DNA of 64,000 bases from Narcine bancroftii. Taxonomy: Eukaryota. Position numbers and translations under genes: made by a program. The stretch covers positions 208,258,001 through 208,322,000 of the forward strand of contig NC_091473.1 in the NCBI RefSeq assembly GCF_036971445.1, read 5' to 3'. The notes beneath the pieces were generated by a model. It did no database searches and was not told where the DNA came from. It was given only the letters and a program-made list of their open reading frames with translations. Numbering within the stretch: the stretch's first letter is position 1; each line of letters opens with the position of its first letter. This document shows, piece after piece, positions 35,881-49,029 of this stretch.

Positions 35881-38800
35881 ATATGGAATAGATTGAAACA
35901 AATATTGTATACACGGAAAGATATTCATCTTAATTGTATTTATCCTACCCATTAAATTAATAGGTCGATCTTTCCATTTGATCAAATCAGTTTTAATTTT
36001 TTTCATTAACAGAACATAATTTAATTTATATAAAGATTGATAATTAACATTCAAAATTATATGCAAATATTTAATTCGATCAGTCCATTTCAAATTAATA
36101 ATATTCATATTAACTGAATAATCTCCTTCACTTACCGGTAATATTTCACTTTTTTCCCAATTAACTTTATATCCAGAAAGACATCCATATTGTATTAAGC
36201 ATTCCTTCAAGTGCAAAAGTGATTGAGCTGGGTTTATTAAATACACCAATACATCATCAGCAAATAAATTAATTTTATACTCCTCATCTAAAACTTTCAT
36301 ACCTTGTATCTGTGTATTTTGTCTTATCAATTGTGCTAAAGGTTCAATCACTAACGCAAACAAAGCAGGTGATAAAGGACAACCTTGACGAGTTGATCGA
36401 AATAGCTTAAAGGGTTCCGAAATCAAACCATTCGTCAATACTCTAGCTACCGGTTTACTATATAGAGCCCTAATCCAACCAATAAAAAAAAAGACCAAAC
36501 TTGAATTTCTCTAAAACTTTAAACAAAAAGTTCCATTCAACTCTATCAATGCCTTTTCTGCATCTAGAGATATGACCATCAGATGATCTGAAGATTGCCG
36601 AAATCTATTAATCAAACTAATCACGCGCAAAATGTTATCTGAAGCATATCTATTCTTTATAAAACCTATTTGATCCATATGAATCAACTTAGGTAAAAAT
36701 TTAGCCAATCTATTCGCTAATATTTTAGCTATTATTTATAATCTACATTTAACAATGAAATTGGTCTATATGAAGATACTTTCAAAGGAACTCTATCTTT
36801 TTTTGGAATTACTGTAATTAAAGCACTAGAACAAGACTCAGGTCATTCATAATGTTCTCCAACTTGATGTAATACATCCCCAAACACTGTAGATAAATCA
36901 TCATAAAAAATTTTATAAAATTCAATCGAAAATCCATCATCACCAGGCAATTTTACTGTTCGGCATTTCCAGCATAGCTAGTTTAATTTCCAAATCAGTA
37001 AATGGTTCTTCTAACTCCTGTATATCTGCATCCTCTAATATCAGTAAATTCAACTGTGATTAAAAAAAGATCAATCGATCCAGTTTCTTGTTTACCTTCA
37101 GATGTATATTAACTTTTTATAAAATGAGTAAAATTCATCATTATTCTCACGAAGTTTATAAGGGAATTCCATCTAACAGCATTAATAATCCTCGAAATGT
37201 GTTCTTTCTTTAATTGCCATGCCAGTACCTTATGTGCTTTCTCTCCCCATTCATAACACCTTTGCTTAGTCCTATTAATCACACATTCAAATTGATAAGA
37301 TTGCAAAGTATTACATTCCAATTTCAATCAAATATCCCATAATACAAACTTACTTTGAACAGAATTAGAATTTTCTTTAAAAAAAAATTAATTTGTTTTT
37401 TTCAAAAAATCAATAAATTCCATATTTTTTAACAACATTGTATTAAACCTCCAACGATAGGCCACTTGGATTTTCTCAGAAGTTGCATATGTAAAATATA
37501 ACAAAGAATGATCTGAAATCACCCTACTTTTATATTCCGCTTGTTGTATTTTCCCTTGTAAATGTGCCAATACTAAAATGAAGTCAATCCTTGAAAATGA
37601 TTCATGTCTAGATGAATAAAAATAGAAATCTTTCTCTGTCGGATTAAGACATCTCCAAATATCTACTAAATCAAGATCTTTCATCAGCGCTTGAACCTGA
37701 ACTGCCACCTTGGATTTCTTAACTTTCTTCGGAGATTTATCTAATAAAGGTTCCAAAACACAATTAAAATCACCACCAACTAAAATATTATCATTAGCCT
37801 GACCCAAACATAAAAATACATCTGAAATAAATATTTCATCATCTACATTTGGGGCATAAATATTAAGTAAAGTCCATAATTCACTAAAAATCTTACAATT
37901 CAATTTAAGAATACATCCTGCCTTTTCCTCCATTGATTGTAATTCAAAAGATAAATTTTTAATGTATCAAAATTGCTACACCTTTAGCCCTAGAATTAAA
38001 TGAGGAAGAATATACATGCCCAACCCAGTCCCTCTTTAACTTCATACTTTCCTTCACATTCAAATGTGTTTCTTGTAAAAAAAGCAATATCAATTTTCAT
38101 TTTCTTAATATATGCCAAAACTCGCTTACGCTTAATTGGATTGATTAATCCTCGAACATTAAAAGTAGCAAACCTCAACTTTGACATATCTACTATTGTT
38201 ACTAAATACCAATAATATCTTGAAAACTCAAATCAACGTATATAGGCCCTCCAATAGGAGAAAAAAAATCACAAATTAAAAATTAACTAAAATGAAAATT
38301 TAAATAAAAGAAAATCCCCCCTCCCAAAAAAAACTACCAAAAGATAGTAATTCCCCCAAACAAAAATTGGGTGTGGGTCACCCACCAGTGGCTGATGACT
38401 AGTAAAGAACTTAGAGCAAATCTCTCCCTCCCCAGCCGAACAAAGAATAACATCAAAATATCATAATAACAAAAAAAATAGAGTAAGGGAAAAAAAATCT
38501 TCTTTTTATCCAAGAGATTCCAATCTCAAAGATCCCATTTCTGAAGAAGTTGGACTCTTCCCATTTCCGTTTTTCCCATTTCTGCCATTTCTTCCATTTC
38601 CAGAACAACCAGATTTTTCTTTAGGAGATCATGGTGGACTACATCTTTGTCCTCTTATATCTGGCAATGAATCAGCAAAAATTATTGCTTCACGATCATT
38701 TTCAAAAAACTGAAATTGATAGTCTCCATAAAACACCTTCAACACTGCAGGGTAGCGAAAAGTAGACTTATAACCTTTACGCCACAAAACTTTAACTGGA

Positions 38801-39506
38801 TTAAATCGACGCCGACGTTGAATGACCTCTTGACTCAAATCAGGGTAAAAGAAAACTCTGCTATTCTGAATCAATAACGGAGTTTGTCATTGTCTCACAT
38901 TCTGCACTGCAAGTCGAAGTATTGCTTCTCTGTCCAAATAATTCAAACATCGAATTATTACCGGTCTCGGTGGTTGACCAGCTGAGGGTGTTCTTCTTAA
39001 AGCTCTATGGGCTCTTTCCAGTACCAATCCCCCCAGAAAAAAAATCTTGCCCTAATACTTGCGGGATCCAGTCTTTAAAGAAACGAAGAGGATCTTGTTC
39101 TTCTATACCTTCTGGCAAACCAACAATTTTCACATTATTCCTTCTGCTTTGATTCTCCAAGTAGTCTATTTTCCTCTCTAGCTCCTTCTCACGTTCTCCC
39201 AATTCTATGACTGATTTTTCAACCTTCAGCACTTTTTCTGTGTTAGAAGCCACTTGTTTACAGTCCAAAAAAGCAGTCTGAAATTTTTTAAATTCTTCAT
39301 AAGATGCACCCACATGTGTCTTAACCATATTTAATTCTGAACTTATACCAGCAGTCATTTGAGCCATTTCATTCATTTGAGATGTCAAAGGGTTAATAAC
39401 AGCTTGAACAACATTATTTAATTGTATACACTATAGGTCAGAAAAGCTCAGCCCTGCTCTCTCTGATGTAGTGACAGAACAAGGTAACTGCAGCTCCTGC
39501 TGCAAC

Positions 39507-40732
39507 ATATGCAGCAAAGATGACAAAAGGGACAGGCAGGTGAAAAGACAGGATAATTTGCTGTTCAATAGAAATACAGCAAAATCAGTAATAGATACTA
39601 GTCTAAGGGAACTGTTCTTCAATGTAAAGTGGATGGCCCTGTTGTACAGCTACTGATTAAAAGATGTAACATTGTGGCCATCACCGAGACATGGCTTAAT
39701 GATGGATGTGATTGGTGATGTCCAAGGATATACTATGTATAGAAAGGATAGGCAGGTTGGTACAGGTAACGGTGTAGCCCTGATGGTAAGCAATGATATT
39801 AAATCACTAGAAAGCAGGGACCATAGGGACAGAAGTGGTAAAATCCTTATGGATTGAGTTAAGAAATGGCAAGGGTAAAAGGACCCTATTAGCAGTTATA
39901 TACAGGCCACCCAACAGCAGCTGGGAAGTGGACGACGAGCTATAGCTGGAGATAGAAAAAGCATGTCAGAAGGAAAATGTCAAAATAATTATGAGCATTT
40001 GAACATGAAAGGGGATTGGGAAAGTCAGGAAGGTACTTGATCTCAGGAGAGAGAGTTTGTAGAATGCCTACGCGATGGCTTTTTGGAGCAGCTTGTTGAT
40101 AAGCCCACCAGGGGATTGGCAGTTTTGGATTGGGTGATGTGTAATGAACCTGAGGTGATTAGAGAATTAAAGGTAATGGAACCCTTAGGAAGTAGTGGTC
40201 ATAATATGATTGAGTTTGTTTTCAAATTTGAAAGGGAAAAGCTGATATCAGGTGTGTCAATATTTCAGTGGGATGAGCAAGGAACTTGCCTAAGTTGACT
40301 GGAAAAGTAAGCTAGAGGGATGGCAGAGCAGAGTTGGATATTTCTACAAAAAATAAAGAAACTGCAGGATAGATATATTCCAATCAAAAAGGAACATTAT
40401 GAAGGCACAAATGTGGCTAACAAGTGCAGTTAAGGCTAAAATTAAAGCAAAAGAGAGGTCATACAAGGAAGCAAAAATTAGTGGAAAAATGGAGGAGTGG
40501 GAAACTTTTTAAAAACTTACAGGAAGAGACAGAAATTCATTAAGAACGAAGAGATGGAGTAAGAAAATAAGTTGGATAATAACATACAAAAAGATACCAA
40601 GAGTTTTTTTTTAATATATAAAGAACAAACGAGAGGCACGGGTATATAGGACCAATTGAAAATGATGCTGGAGAAATTATAATGGGGTATCAAAGAGATG
40701 GCAGAGGAACTAAAAGCATACTCTGCATCAGT
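39507..40732 (+). mobile_element. Outer CR1, piece 2 (ORF2 endonuclease and linker)
   Basis: YRKDRQVG.GNGVALMV, YRPPNS, LEQLVDKPTRGLAVLDWVMCNEPE, SSGHNMIEF. Confidence 0.85.
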
Positions 40733-41701
40733 AGACTATGTATAAGTGGTATACTAAATTATTATCTGGCATAAAAAATAGTCCCATATTAAAATGCATA
40801 ATTTCTATATGGAACAAAATTAATCAATACTTTGGGTCTAAAGTGGGGCTGTCCCCACAAACGCCTCTGACTCCGAATAGATAAATCACATTGACAGTGG
40901 ACAAGATCCTGGACACCTGGTGTTGAAAGGGGTCAGATGTATCAAGGACTGTTATGAGCGGGGGCAATTATTGTAATTTGAGCAACTGAGAAATAAATAT
41001 GACTTGTCAAATAAGACATTCCTCTGCTACCTTCAGATAAGATCTTTTTTGAGGGTCAAATTAGGTCCATCCATGTCCTTACTGATGTGCAGTGACATAG
41101 ATTCATCTCAGCTATGTATTTCTTACTCCAAGTGAAAGGCCCTAAACCAGCCTTCACAAATCAAGGCAAAGGTGGGAGTCAGACTTAGGAATAACAACTG
41201 ATGAGCGGTGCTGGTCAGATCTGTGTTGGAACAGCATGACTGTGATTATTAATGGATGGAATAGGCTGGTGCAGTATAAATTTCTCTACCAGCTATATTT
41301 GACTGGCAAAAATTGAATAAGGCTAAACTAGAAATTACAGACCAATGTTTTAGATGTGGCATTGCGACAGGAACCTTTGTGCATGCAACCTGGACATGTA
41401 CCATGGTGAACCCTTCTGGGTGGAACTAGGCCAAGTCCTAGAAAAAAATCTATAGGTAAAGAATTCCCACAGGACCCAGAGCTGCTCTTATTGAGAAATA
41501 GGATGGACATAAGGCTCAAGATGAAACTGTCCACATTCCAAATCCAATTTGTAATGATCACATTGGCAATGGCCAGGAAGTGCATAGCGGTTACCTGGAT
41601 ATCTGACTCTCACTTGGGCATTGCATGCTGGAATAGGTAAGTGCAAAGCAGTTCCCCTGGAGAAAATACCTACAACTTAAGGGGAAAAAATTAACATTTT
41701 T

Positions 41702-42258
41702 TGTGAGAAACAGAAGTACCTTCACAGAAATTGCTCCAGACAAAAATTGAGAACAAAGAACATTTATTATACAACAATGCAAAGTTGGGTGCTTCCCCTT
41801 ACCCTGGGAATACACACACACACTGGGGTTCACCCAACTTTTATACAGTTGATTTCAGTATAGAAGTACCCTCCCCCTTACATTCTTCTGCCTCCTGGAT
41901 GAGTTTGGATGAGGCAATCCTGTGTGCCTATGTGCTGTTTCTGTGAACTTGGAGGACCAGGGGGTATCCTGTCGGTGTCCCATCATGTCATTGTCCTTAT
42001 TGTCCTTATTCACAAACCTGCCTTTGTCCTTATTCACACCTTCCCAACCCTCAGGGCTTACTAACTTTTTATATGCAGAACTTGCTAATTCTGTCTAAAA
42101 GGCTAAAAAGACCCTTATCTTATTCCAGACTAACTTTACTTCCTACATTCTATTATCTATCCATATCCTATTCATACTGCCTTTATTCATTACACATATA
42201 TCCATACTAGTTTTCTTCATCTTTCATATTTTCATATTAGTTTTACTCATCTCTCACA
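41702..42258 (-). repeat. 3' LTR of provirus B
   Basis: Direct repeat of 48376-48924; PPT AAAAGAAAAGTGAGGAT adjacent (~42259-42275). Confidence 0.95.
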
Positions 42259-42308
42259 ATCCTCACTTTTCTTTTAGCTACGCTTCGTGAATTCTCAACT
42301 GGAATGTA

Positions 42309-43426
42309 TTACTTGTAAACTTGGTCTTTTTCCCAGCGAGTCAGTAAACGAACTGCAGTCTCAGCATCATCAGACGGAATTTTGGAAACATACATCCTTT
42401 GGGTTATAGTGATCTGACGAGGGGTCCGTTGAATTAAATACTGCACACTAGTCTTTAGGCAGGGGAGCACCATAATGGCCAGAATAGTGAGTCCAGCTGC
42501 TATAAGGGCTGTGGGTATCAGACTCCAGTTACCAATAAAAAGTCTAGTCCATCCCACACCGGACCGAAGTTGCCAAGTCTGAACCTGGGCATGGGAAGAT
42601 TTTCGAACACCTGAAAAAGTGTCTTTAACCGCCTGACCGTTGTGAGCATTGTCATTAATCAGTCTTTCACAAACGCTGCCTTCAGCAGCCAACGAGTAAT
42701 TGAGAGCCAGGCGGTTTTGTTGAACTGTGGCTCGTATCTGTCGTCTTTCTTCAGCCCATAAATTCAGGGCAATCGCTGTCTGTTCGGTGATGATCTCCAA
42801 GGCTGCCTGGAGTCTGATTAAACGATTTAAATGCCAAGCAGCTTTAGTGTTTGTAGCAGCTTACGTCGTTTACAACTGGAACTCCCCTTACAGTGGTGGT
42901 GCTTAACATTCCGAATGTCTGTGTGACCCAAAGGATGATTTACAGGAGACCAAGTTGGGGAGGGGTGTTTCTTGTCACTGAACCTGCGAACATTAGCATA
43001 AGTATCACTGAACCTGTGAGTTGCAGCCTGTCTGTGAACATTAGCATATGTATTCACTCTATCTCTGCTACATGTACAATCCTGACTAACATTCTGTCTG
43101 TCATTGTCCCACCAACTTCTTTGTGCTATCTCTTTAAAACTCCTCTTTTTAATACCTGTAGAGACCAAAATACAAATCAAATCTACTCCCCTAGGGTCGT
43201 TCTGTTCCCCTGGTCCATGTTGGGATCCTATATTAACCCATACTAAATAAGGTACCCCACTATGACTATACTCTATACCTGCACCCTGTCTGCATTCTAA
43301 AGGTAAATAATTGTCACCTCTGCTGCCCCTATTCCAGGAGGACTTAATACATTGTGAGCAATTTGGTGATTTCCCAAAAATTGGGAACCAACAAGTAAAC
43401 AAAACAGCAAATGGTAAAAACAACAT
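42309..43426 (-). pseudogene. env: Provirus B env (shortened SU, ERV3-type TM), frameshifted
   Basis: Signal-like MLFLPFAVLFTCWFPIFG; TM subunit IRLQAALEIITEQTAIALN...QNRLALNYSLAAEGSVC...HAQVQTW plus membrane anchor. Confidence 0.85.
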
Positions 43427-46400
43427 TACAGCACTTTTTCCCGGCGTAGTGTAACTTTCAGATCAGAAGGATGAAGGACTGCACGCCAGGTGGAGGGTAG
43501 ATTATCAATGTCGTTAGTCTGTGGTTCAGCAGCTCGTTTAATTCGTTGGATGTGGCTCCATCCCTTTTCTTTCGTTCGCATGGCAGTGTCTGTAATCAAA
43601 AGTACACAATAGGGGCCATCCCAGACAGGTTTTAGTTGGTGATCTTGCCATGCTTTTACATATACCCAATCACCAGGTTTAATAGAATGAATAGGATACT
43701 CCAGGGGTGGGGTTTGAGTTAATAAGCCCTTCAGTCGTAAGTCATAGAGAGAAGTAGAAAGTCTCTGTAAGTATTTAGATATGTACTGGTCATTAGCCTC
43801 AGGGATAGGGGTATCAGTGTGGAATCCCATGTAAGGAAGACCAAACATCATTTAATATGGTGAGACAGCAAGGTCCTTATGAGGAGCTGTGCAAATCCTA
43901 ATTAAAGCTAAGGGTAAGCATTTAATCCAGGAGAGGCCAGTTTTCTCATGAAGTCGAGTGAGCTGATTTTTCAAGGTCTGATTCATTCGTTCAACACAGC
44001 CTGAGCTCTGGGGGTGCCATGGGGTATGTGGCTGCCAATCTATTCCCAGTATTTTACACACACCCTGGAGTACCTGAGAGGTAAAATGTGTACCTCGATC
44101 TGAGTCAATGGTTTGAATCGTACCGTATCGTGGAATCACGGACTCCAGTAGTATCCTGATAACGGTGCTGGCACAATCATTAGGAGTCGGGAAAGCCTCA
44201 ACCCATCGTGTGAAATGATCTACCATCACCAGGAGGTATTTGTAAACCCCTATCTTAGGTAATTCCATAAAATCAATTTGTATCCGTTGAAACGGGCGTA
44301 CAGCTATATCGCAACCGCCAGGCATTACCTGGCGCATAACTTTCTTATTTACTCTCTGACAGATTGGACAACCCCGAGTACTCTGCTTGGCTATAGTGTA
44401 TATTCCCGAGCAATGAAAAGACCGTACAAGAGTATCCACAAGTGCCTGTGTTCCCCAATGTGTCTGCTGGTGGAGCTGATCAATAATTTGCCGAGCCAAG
44501 GCTTTGTTCAGCACTTGGCGTCCTTCTACCGTCCACCACAACCCATCAACAGTTTGACACATTCCCTGGTCCTTCATGTAAACCTCCTCTTCCTGTGAAA
44601 AGATGGGAGTCTTTTGAACCTCATACGGGGTGGGCAGTAACAGCTGCATGTCGATTTTCTCCGTGAGAGCAGCCTGTTTGGCATCTGCCTGTCTGTTCTC
44701 CTGTGCTTCAGGACTGTCACCACTTTGATGGCTCCGTACATGAACTACAGCTATTTCCTCAGGTAATGTAAGAGCATCTAGATATTGGACAATTAAGTTT
44801 TCATGGATCAACTTTTGTCCTTTCCCAGTTATCATTCCCCGCTCTTTCCAGATCTTCCCAAAGGTGTGCCCTACACCAAAACACTTTGAGTCTGTGTAGA
44901 TCATGCCACCTTGTTCTCTTGACTCTGGAGAGCTCTACAGAGGGCATAGAATTCACAAGGTTGTGCTGACCAATGACTGGGAAGGCGACCGGCTTCAATC
45001 ACTACTCCTTCTTTCCCATCCACTACACTATACCCGCTATAGCGAGTGCCATCAATGCAACGGGAAGATCCATCAATAAACCACCTTTCACCCTCCTGTA
45101 AAGGCTCATCGCTTAAATCCTCTCTAATTTTGGTCTGTAAATCTATTACCTCTAAACATACATGCTCTAAATCATTTATGGTATTGTCATAATTTGGAGA
45201 AAGCAAGAAAGCTGCTGGATTGTGTTCTTTATTCATAATCAGGGTCAAATCATCCCTATCCATTAGGATCGCTTCATATTTTAAAATTATAGAGTTTGTA
45301 AGCCACTTTCCAGCACGTTGTAAGAGAATATTGCGGACTGTGTGAGGGGTGTGAACTATCATCGGGGCACCAAACGTAATCTTTCGTCCTTCCTCAACTA
45401 AAATAGCAGTGGCTGCGATGGCTTGCACACATTCTGGCCAACCACCACAAACAGGGTCTAAAACTTTTGACAGAAAAGCAACTGGCTGTCTACAGCCTGC
45501 CCTCTCTTGTGTTAGTATTCTGGTGGCTACACCTCCTTTCGCATTGGTATATAGGTCAAATGGCTTATTTAGGTTGGGTAAAGCCAACACTGGGGCACTA
45601 ATAAGGCGCTGTTTCACCAAGTTAAAATCTTTAATCTCTTCCTCTGTCCAGACAACAGCTTCGCCCCCTAGAATCGTGGGTTTATCATAGAGAAATCTGA
45701 CCAGGCTAGAATAATTTTCAATCCAGATTCTACAGTATCCCACTAAACCAAGGAATTTCCCAAGTTCTTGGGCATTCTTGGGAGGTGGGATCTGTAGAAT
45801 ACCACGTATCCTCTCTGGACTTATTTTTCTAGTCCCCTGACTCACCAGATGACCTAAGTATTTAACTTCTGATTGAACAAATTACATATTGTATCACAGG
45901 CAATTCTCTCTCCGAGGAGCCTCGTCTAGTATTTGTTCTAAGACCTGGCTGAATAAATTTGGTGATTATGTAAAGCCCTGGGGAAGGACCGTCCACCGGT
46001 ATTGATTCTTGTGTCCAGTAAAAGGATTTTCCCATTCAAAGGCAAACATGTCTCTGCTCTCCGTTGCTAACGGACAGGTCCAAAAAGCATCTTTGAGGTC
46101 AAACCATTTACTATGGGGATCGATTTTACCCATTATCGTATAGGAATTAGGTACAACCGGGTGATGGGTGAGAATAATTTTGTTCAGCTTCCTCAAGTCC
46201 TACACTAATCGATAGGTACCGTCTGGTTTTTGGACAGGTAAAATTGGGGTATTAAAAGGTGACATACAAGGTTCAAGTATACCATCTTTCACCAACTGGT
46301 CAATTACTGGCTGCAGCCCCTTTCGGCCAGCCATAGGAATTGGGTACTGTTTTCATCTAATTACTTGCTCAGGATCTTTTAAAGGAACTTGCAGGGGAGG

Positions 46401-46845
46401 AATATCTAACACTCCTCTATTGCTTCTTTTTGCCCATACTCCAGGATTTATTAGTTCCCGATCCTCCTCGGTTAATACATACAATTGAACCCCGATACCT
46501 GATTCCAGTGGCCTGTTGCCAATAGCCAATTGGTCCTGTAAATCTCGTCCTAACAAACAAACTCCAGCTTGGGGAACTAGTAAAATATCCTCTGTTATTA
46601 TCTTTTCTCCCAGTTGTATTCTTACATCCCTTAATACAGGGACCGTAAAATCTCTTCCTCCTACTCCCGAAATCATCACTGTCCCCTCTATCTTAACACC
46701 CTCTGGTGGTTGTAAAATACTAGACCGGGCTGCCCCAGAATCTACTAAAAAGGTCATCTTGTCACTGTGGGGTCCTATGCTTAAATTTACCAATGGTTCT
46801 CCGTGCAGCCCCACGGTGTGCATTGACTGAGAACCGTGACCCCCC
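43426..46845 (-). pseudogene. pol: Provirus B pro-pol (disrupted)
   Basis: FLVDSGA protease; DLKDAFW, YRWTVLPQGF RT; WFIDGSS RNase H; HQQTH..CPIC, QIDF/DSDRG/ERMN integrase; WDGPY. Confidence 0.92.
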
Positions 46846-48189
46846 CTATTCATAATCTGCTTCCATCAGAGCATAAGATCGCGTCTCCCTGGCTCGCATT
46901 GGGCATTCTCTCTTAAAATGTCCCTCCTTTTTACAATGGTAGTAAACTAATGCTCCTGTTTCCCAATTCCTACCAGGGTCTCCACGGGGTCCCAGGAATG
47001 GTCGTCGTCCCCGGAATTGTCCTCTACCCCTGCCTCTGCTCTTGTCTCTACTTCCCCACTCCTGGCGCTCCTCCCAATGTCCAGGAGCTGGCACACAGCC
47101 CCTAACATTTCCCTGCTGTCCCTCCACAACTTCCTTGACTGCCTGCATCAAAATCTTAGTCTTTCCTTTCTGTTTATCCTCAGAGCTCTGGACGTATGCC
47201 CTTTGTGCGATCTGTAAAAGCTGTGTTATTCCCTGTTCATGCCAATTCTCAGTCTTCTGCAATTTTCTCCTGATGTCTTGGGCTGAATTAGTAACGAAGC
47301 CCGTTAATACCCACGTATATATATTTGATCCCAAAAATTGATCTAATTGTTCGGCACATCCCTGAGGATCTTCTATCAGGGAGGTCATTTCTCTCTTAAA
47401 GTTACGCACCTCCGTACTAGTCAGGGGCACATTTACGAAACCGAGACCCCCTCCCACGGGAACTTCCTGTAAAGGTCTCATCCAGTTAATTTCTGACATC
47501 CTCTCCTTTATAATGTCTAGGTTCCTGCTCTCCGGGAAATGAATCAAAGGGTTCTACCCTTCCCTCCCGGAGGGTCTCACACTGTTCTGAATCAAAGTCT
47601 CCTCCCTCTCTTGTCACTTGAGGTGGTAATCTAGTACTTTGTGAACAGGTCATCATACCACCCCTACTTTCTTCTCCTTTCTTTAGCTGTGGGGGAGGAG
47701 GGGAAGGTGAAGAAGGGTAGAGCATAGGAGAGAGGGGAAAGATAGGAGCCGGCATAGGAGGAGCATAAGGTGGAGGAAGGGAATGTAACATCCCATCCTT
47801 GTGTTTCAGGGACAAAAGGTTCCTCATCCTTCTTGTCCTTACATTCCTTTTCATTCAAAACCAGTTGATCAACCGATCCACTGAGCCAGCAGGCTGCATA
47901 TTCTCTGCTCTCAATATTATATCTTTGATTTTGATAGAGCCAGATGTTCAATGCCTGACACATCCAATCCTCATCGGATCCAAACTTTGGCCAATATACC
48001 GAATTCCCTTTTATTGGGTTTTTTTTTAACCCATTCCAGACAGCAATACCTGACCATGGTCTGTTTGTCTTTCCCGCGAGTTCTCTCCGCACCCCAATCA
48101 GATAGCATTAATCCTAACGGACTTTGCTTAGTTATCTGATCGTCCCGTCCTTCCTTAGGACTATTTCCCTTGCTACTCACACCTCCCAT
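46846..48189 (-). pseudogene. gag: Provirus B gag (frameshifted, capsid partly deleted)
   Basis: MGG myristoylation-type start; SPLGLML..W, WPKFGS matrix; PPPY late domain; PLQEVP...VNVPLTSTEVRNFK capsid; degenerate CCHC YHCKKEGHFKREC; TAG stop. Confidence 0.88.
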
Positions 48190-48355
48190 ACTAGCACGCT
48201 TCCTTAACATCCTCCCGTTGTTTGTTCTCAAAGCCTCTTCTCGGATATCACTCGCTTCATCCACTGACAAATCACCCGCCGTCCGGGAGTCCAGCTGAAT
48301 CAGCCGGGGTGCACCTACCCTCGTCGTTGGGCACTCTGTCAGTGGAGGGAGTGGG

Positions 48356-48373
48356 ATCCCGGACGAGCCCCCA
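48356..48373 (-). promoter_or_regulatory. Primer-binding site, tRNA-Pro
   Basis: TGGGGGCTCGTCCGGGAT, identical to the MLV Pro PBS, 2 nt after the 5' LTR. Confidence 0.95.
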
Positions 48374-48375
48374 TT

Positions 48376-48924
48376 TGTGAGAAACAGAAGTACCTTCACG
48401 GAATTTGCTCGAGACAAAAATTGAGAACAAAGAACATTTATTATACAACAATGCAAAGTTGGGTGCTTCCCCTTACCATGGGAATATACACACACACACA
48501 CACACACACGGGAGCTCACCCAACTTTTATACAGTTTATTTCAGTATAGAAGTACCCTCCCCCTTACATTCTTCTGCCTCCTGGATGAGTTTGGCATTAG
48601 GCAATCCTGTCTGCCTACGTGGTGTTTCTGTGAACTTGGAGGACCAGGGTCCTCCAATCATGTCATTGTCCTTATTCACAAACCTGCCTTTGTCCTTATT
48701 CACACCTTCCCGACCCTCAGGGCTTACTAACTTCTTATATGCAGAACTTGCTAATTCTGTCTAAAAGGCTAGAAGACCCTTATCTTATTCAGACTAACTT
48801 CCTACATTCTATTATCTATTATCTATCCTTATCCTATTCATACTGGCTTTATTCATTACACATATATCCATACTAGTTTTCTTCATCTTTCATATTTTCA
48901 TATTAGTTTTACTCATCTCTCACA
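48376..48924 (-). repeat. 5' LTR of provirus B
   Basis: Direct repeat of 41702-42258 with several indels including (CA)n. Confidence 0.95.
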
Positions 48925-49029
48925 GCAACCATATTTAAATTTTATAGGAGCACAGTTATAGTATCGCGCTGCCCTGCCTTCCCTGAGGGAGAGTGAAGAA
49001 TTTATAGATACACCGCTCAGGGAAGTGCT

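Larger units (their letters stand above)
27698..39506 (-). mobile_element. Near full-length L1-clade LINE (ORF1 + ORF2, decayed), interrupted by provirus A
   Basis: ORF1 LENQSRRNNVKIVGLPEG (~38630-39390); ORF2 EN MSKLRFATFNVRGL...GGDFNC...SRIDF...SDH (38187 down); RT RQGCPLSP, FADD; C-terminal CCHC-like; poly(A) at 27698; TSD atRtgcagcaaaga 27684-27697/39507-39520. Confidence 0.92.
41702..48924 (-). mobile_element. Provirus B: endogenous retrovirus, class I (gamma/epsilon-related, HERV-I/ERV3-like), internally deleted
   Basis: Paired TGT...ACA LTRs, perfect tRNA-Pro PBS, PPT, gag-pro-pol-env. Confidence 0.92.

Noticed and set aside
48190-48519. Open frame upstream of provirus B gag (glyco-Gag-like extension)
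   Set aside because: No hydrophobic signal-anchor after the PBS; a short GC-rich leader can be open by chance
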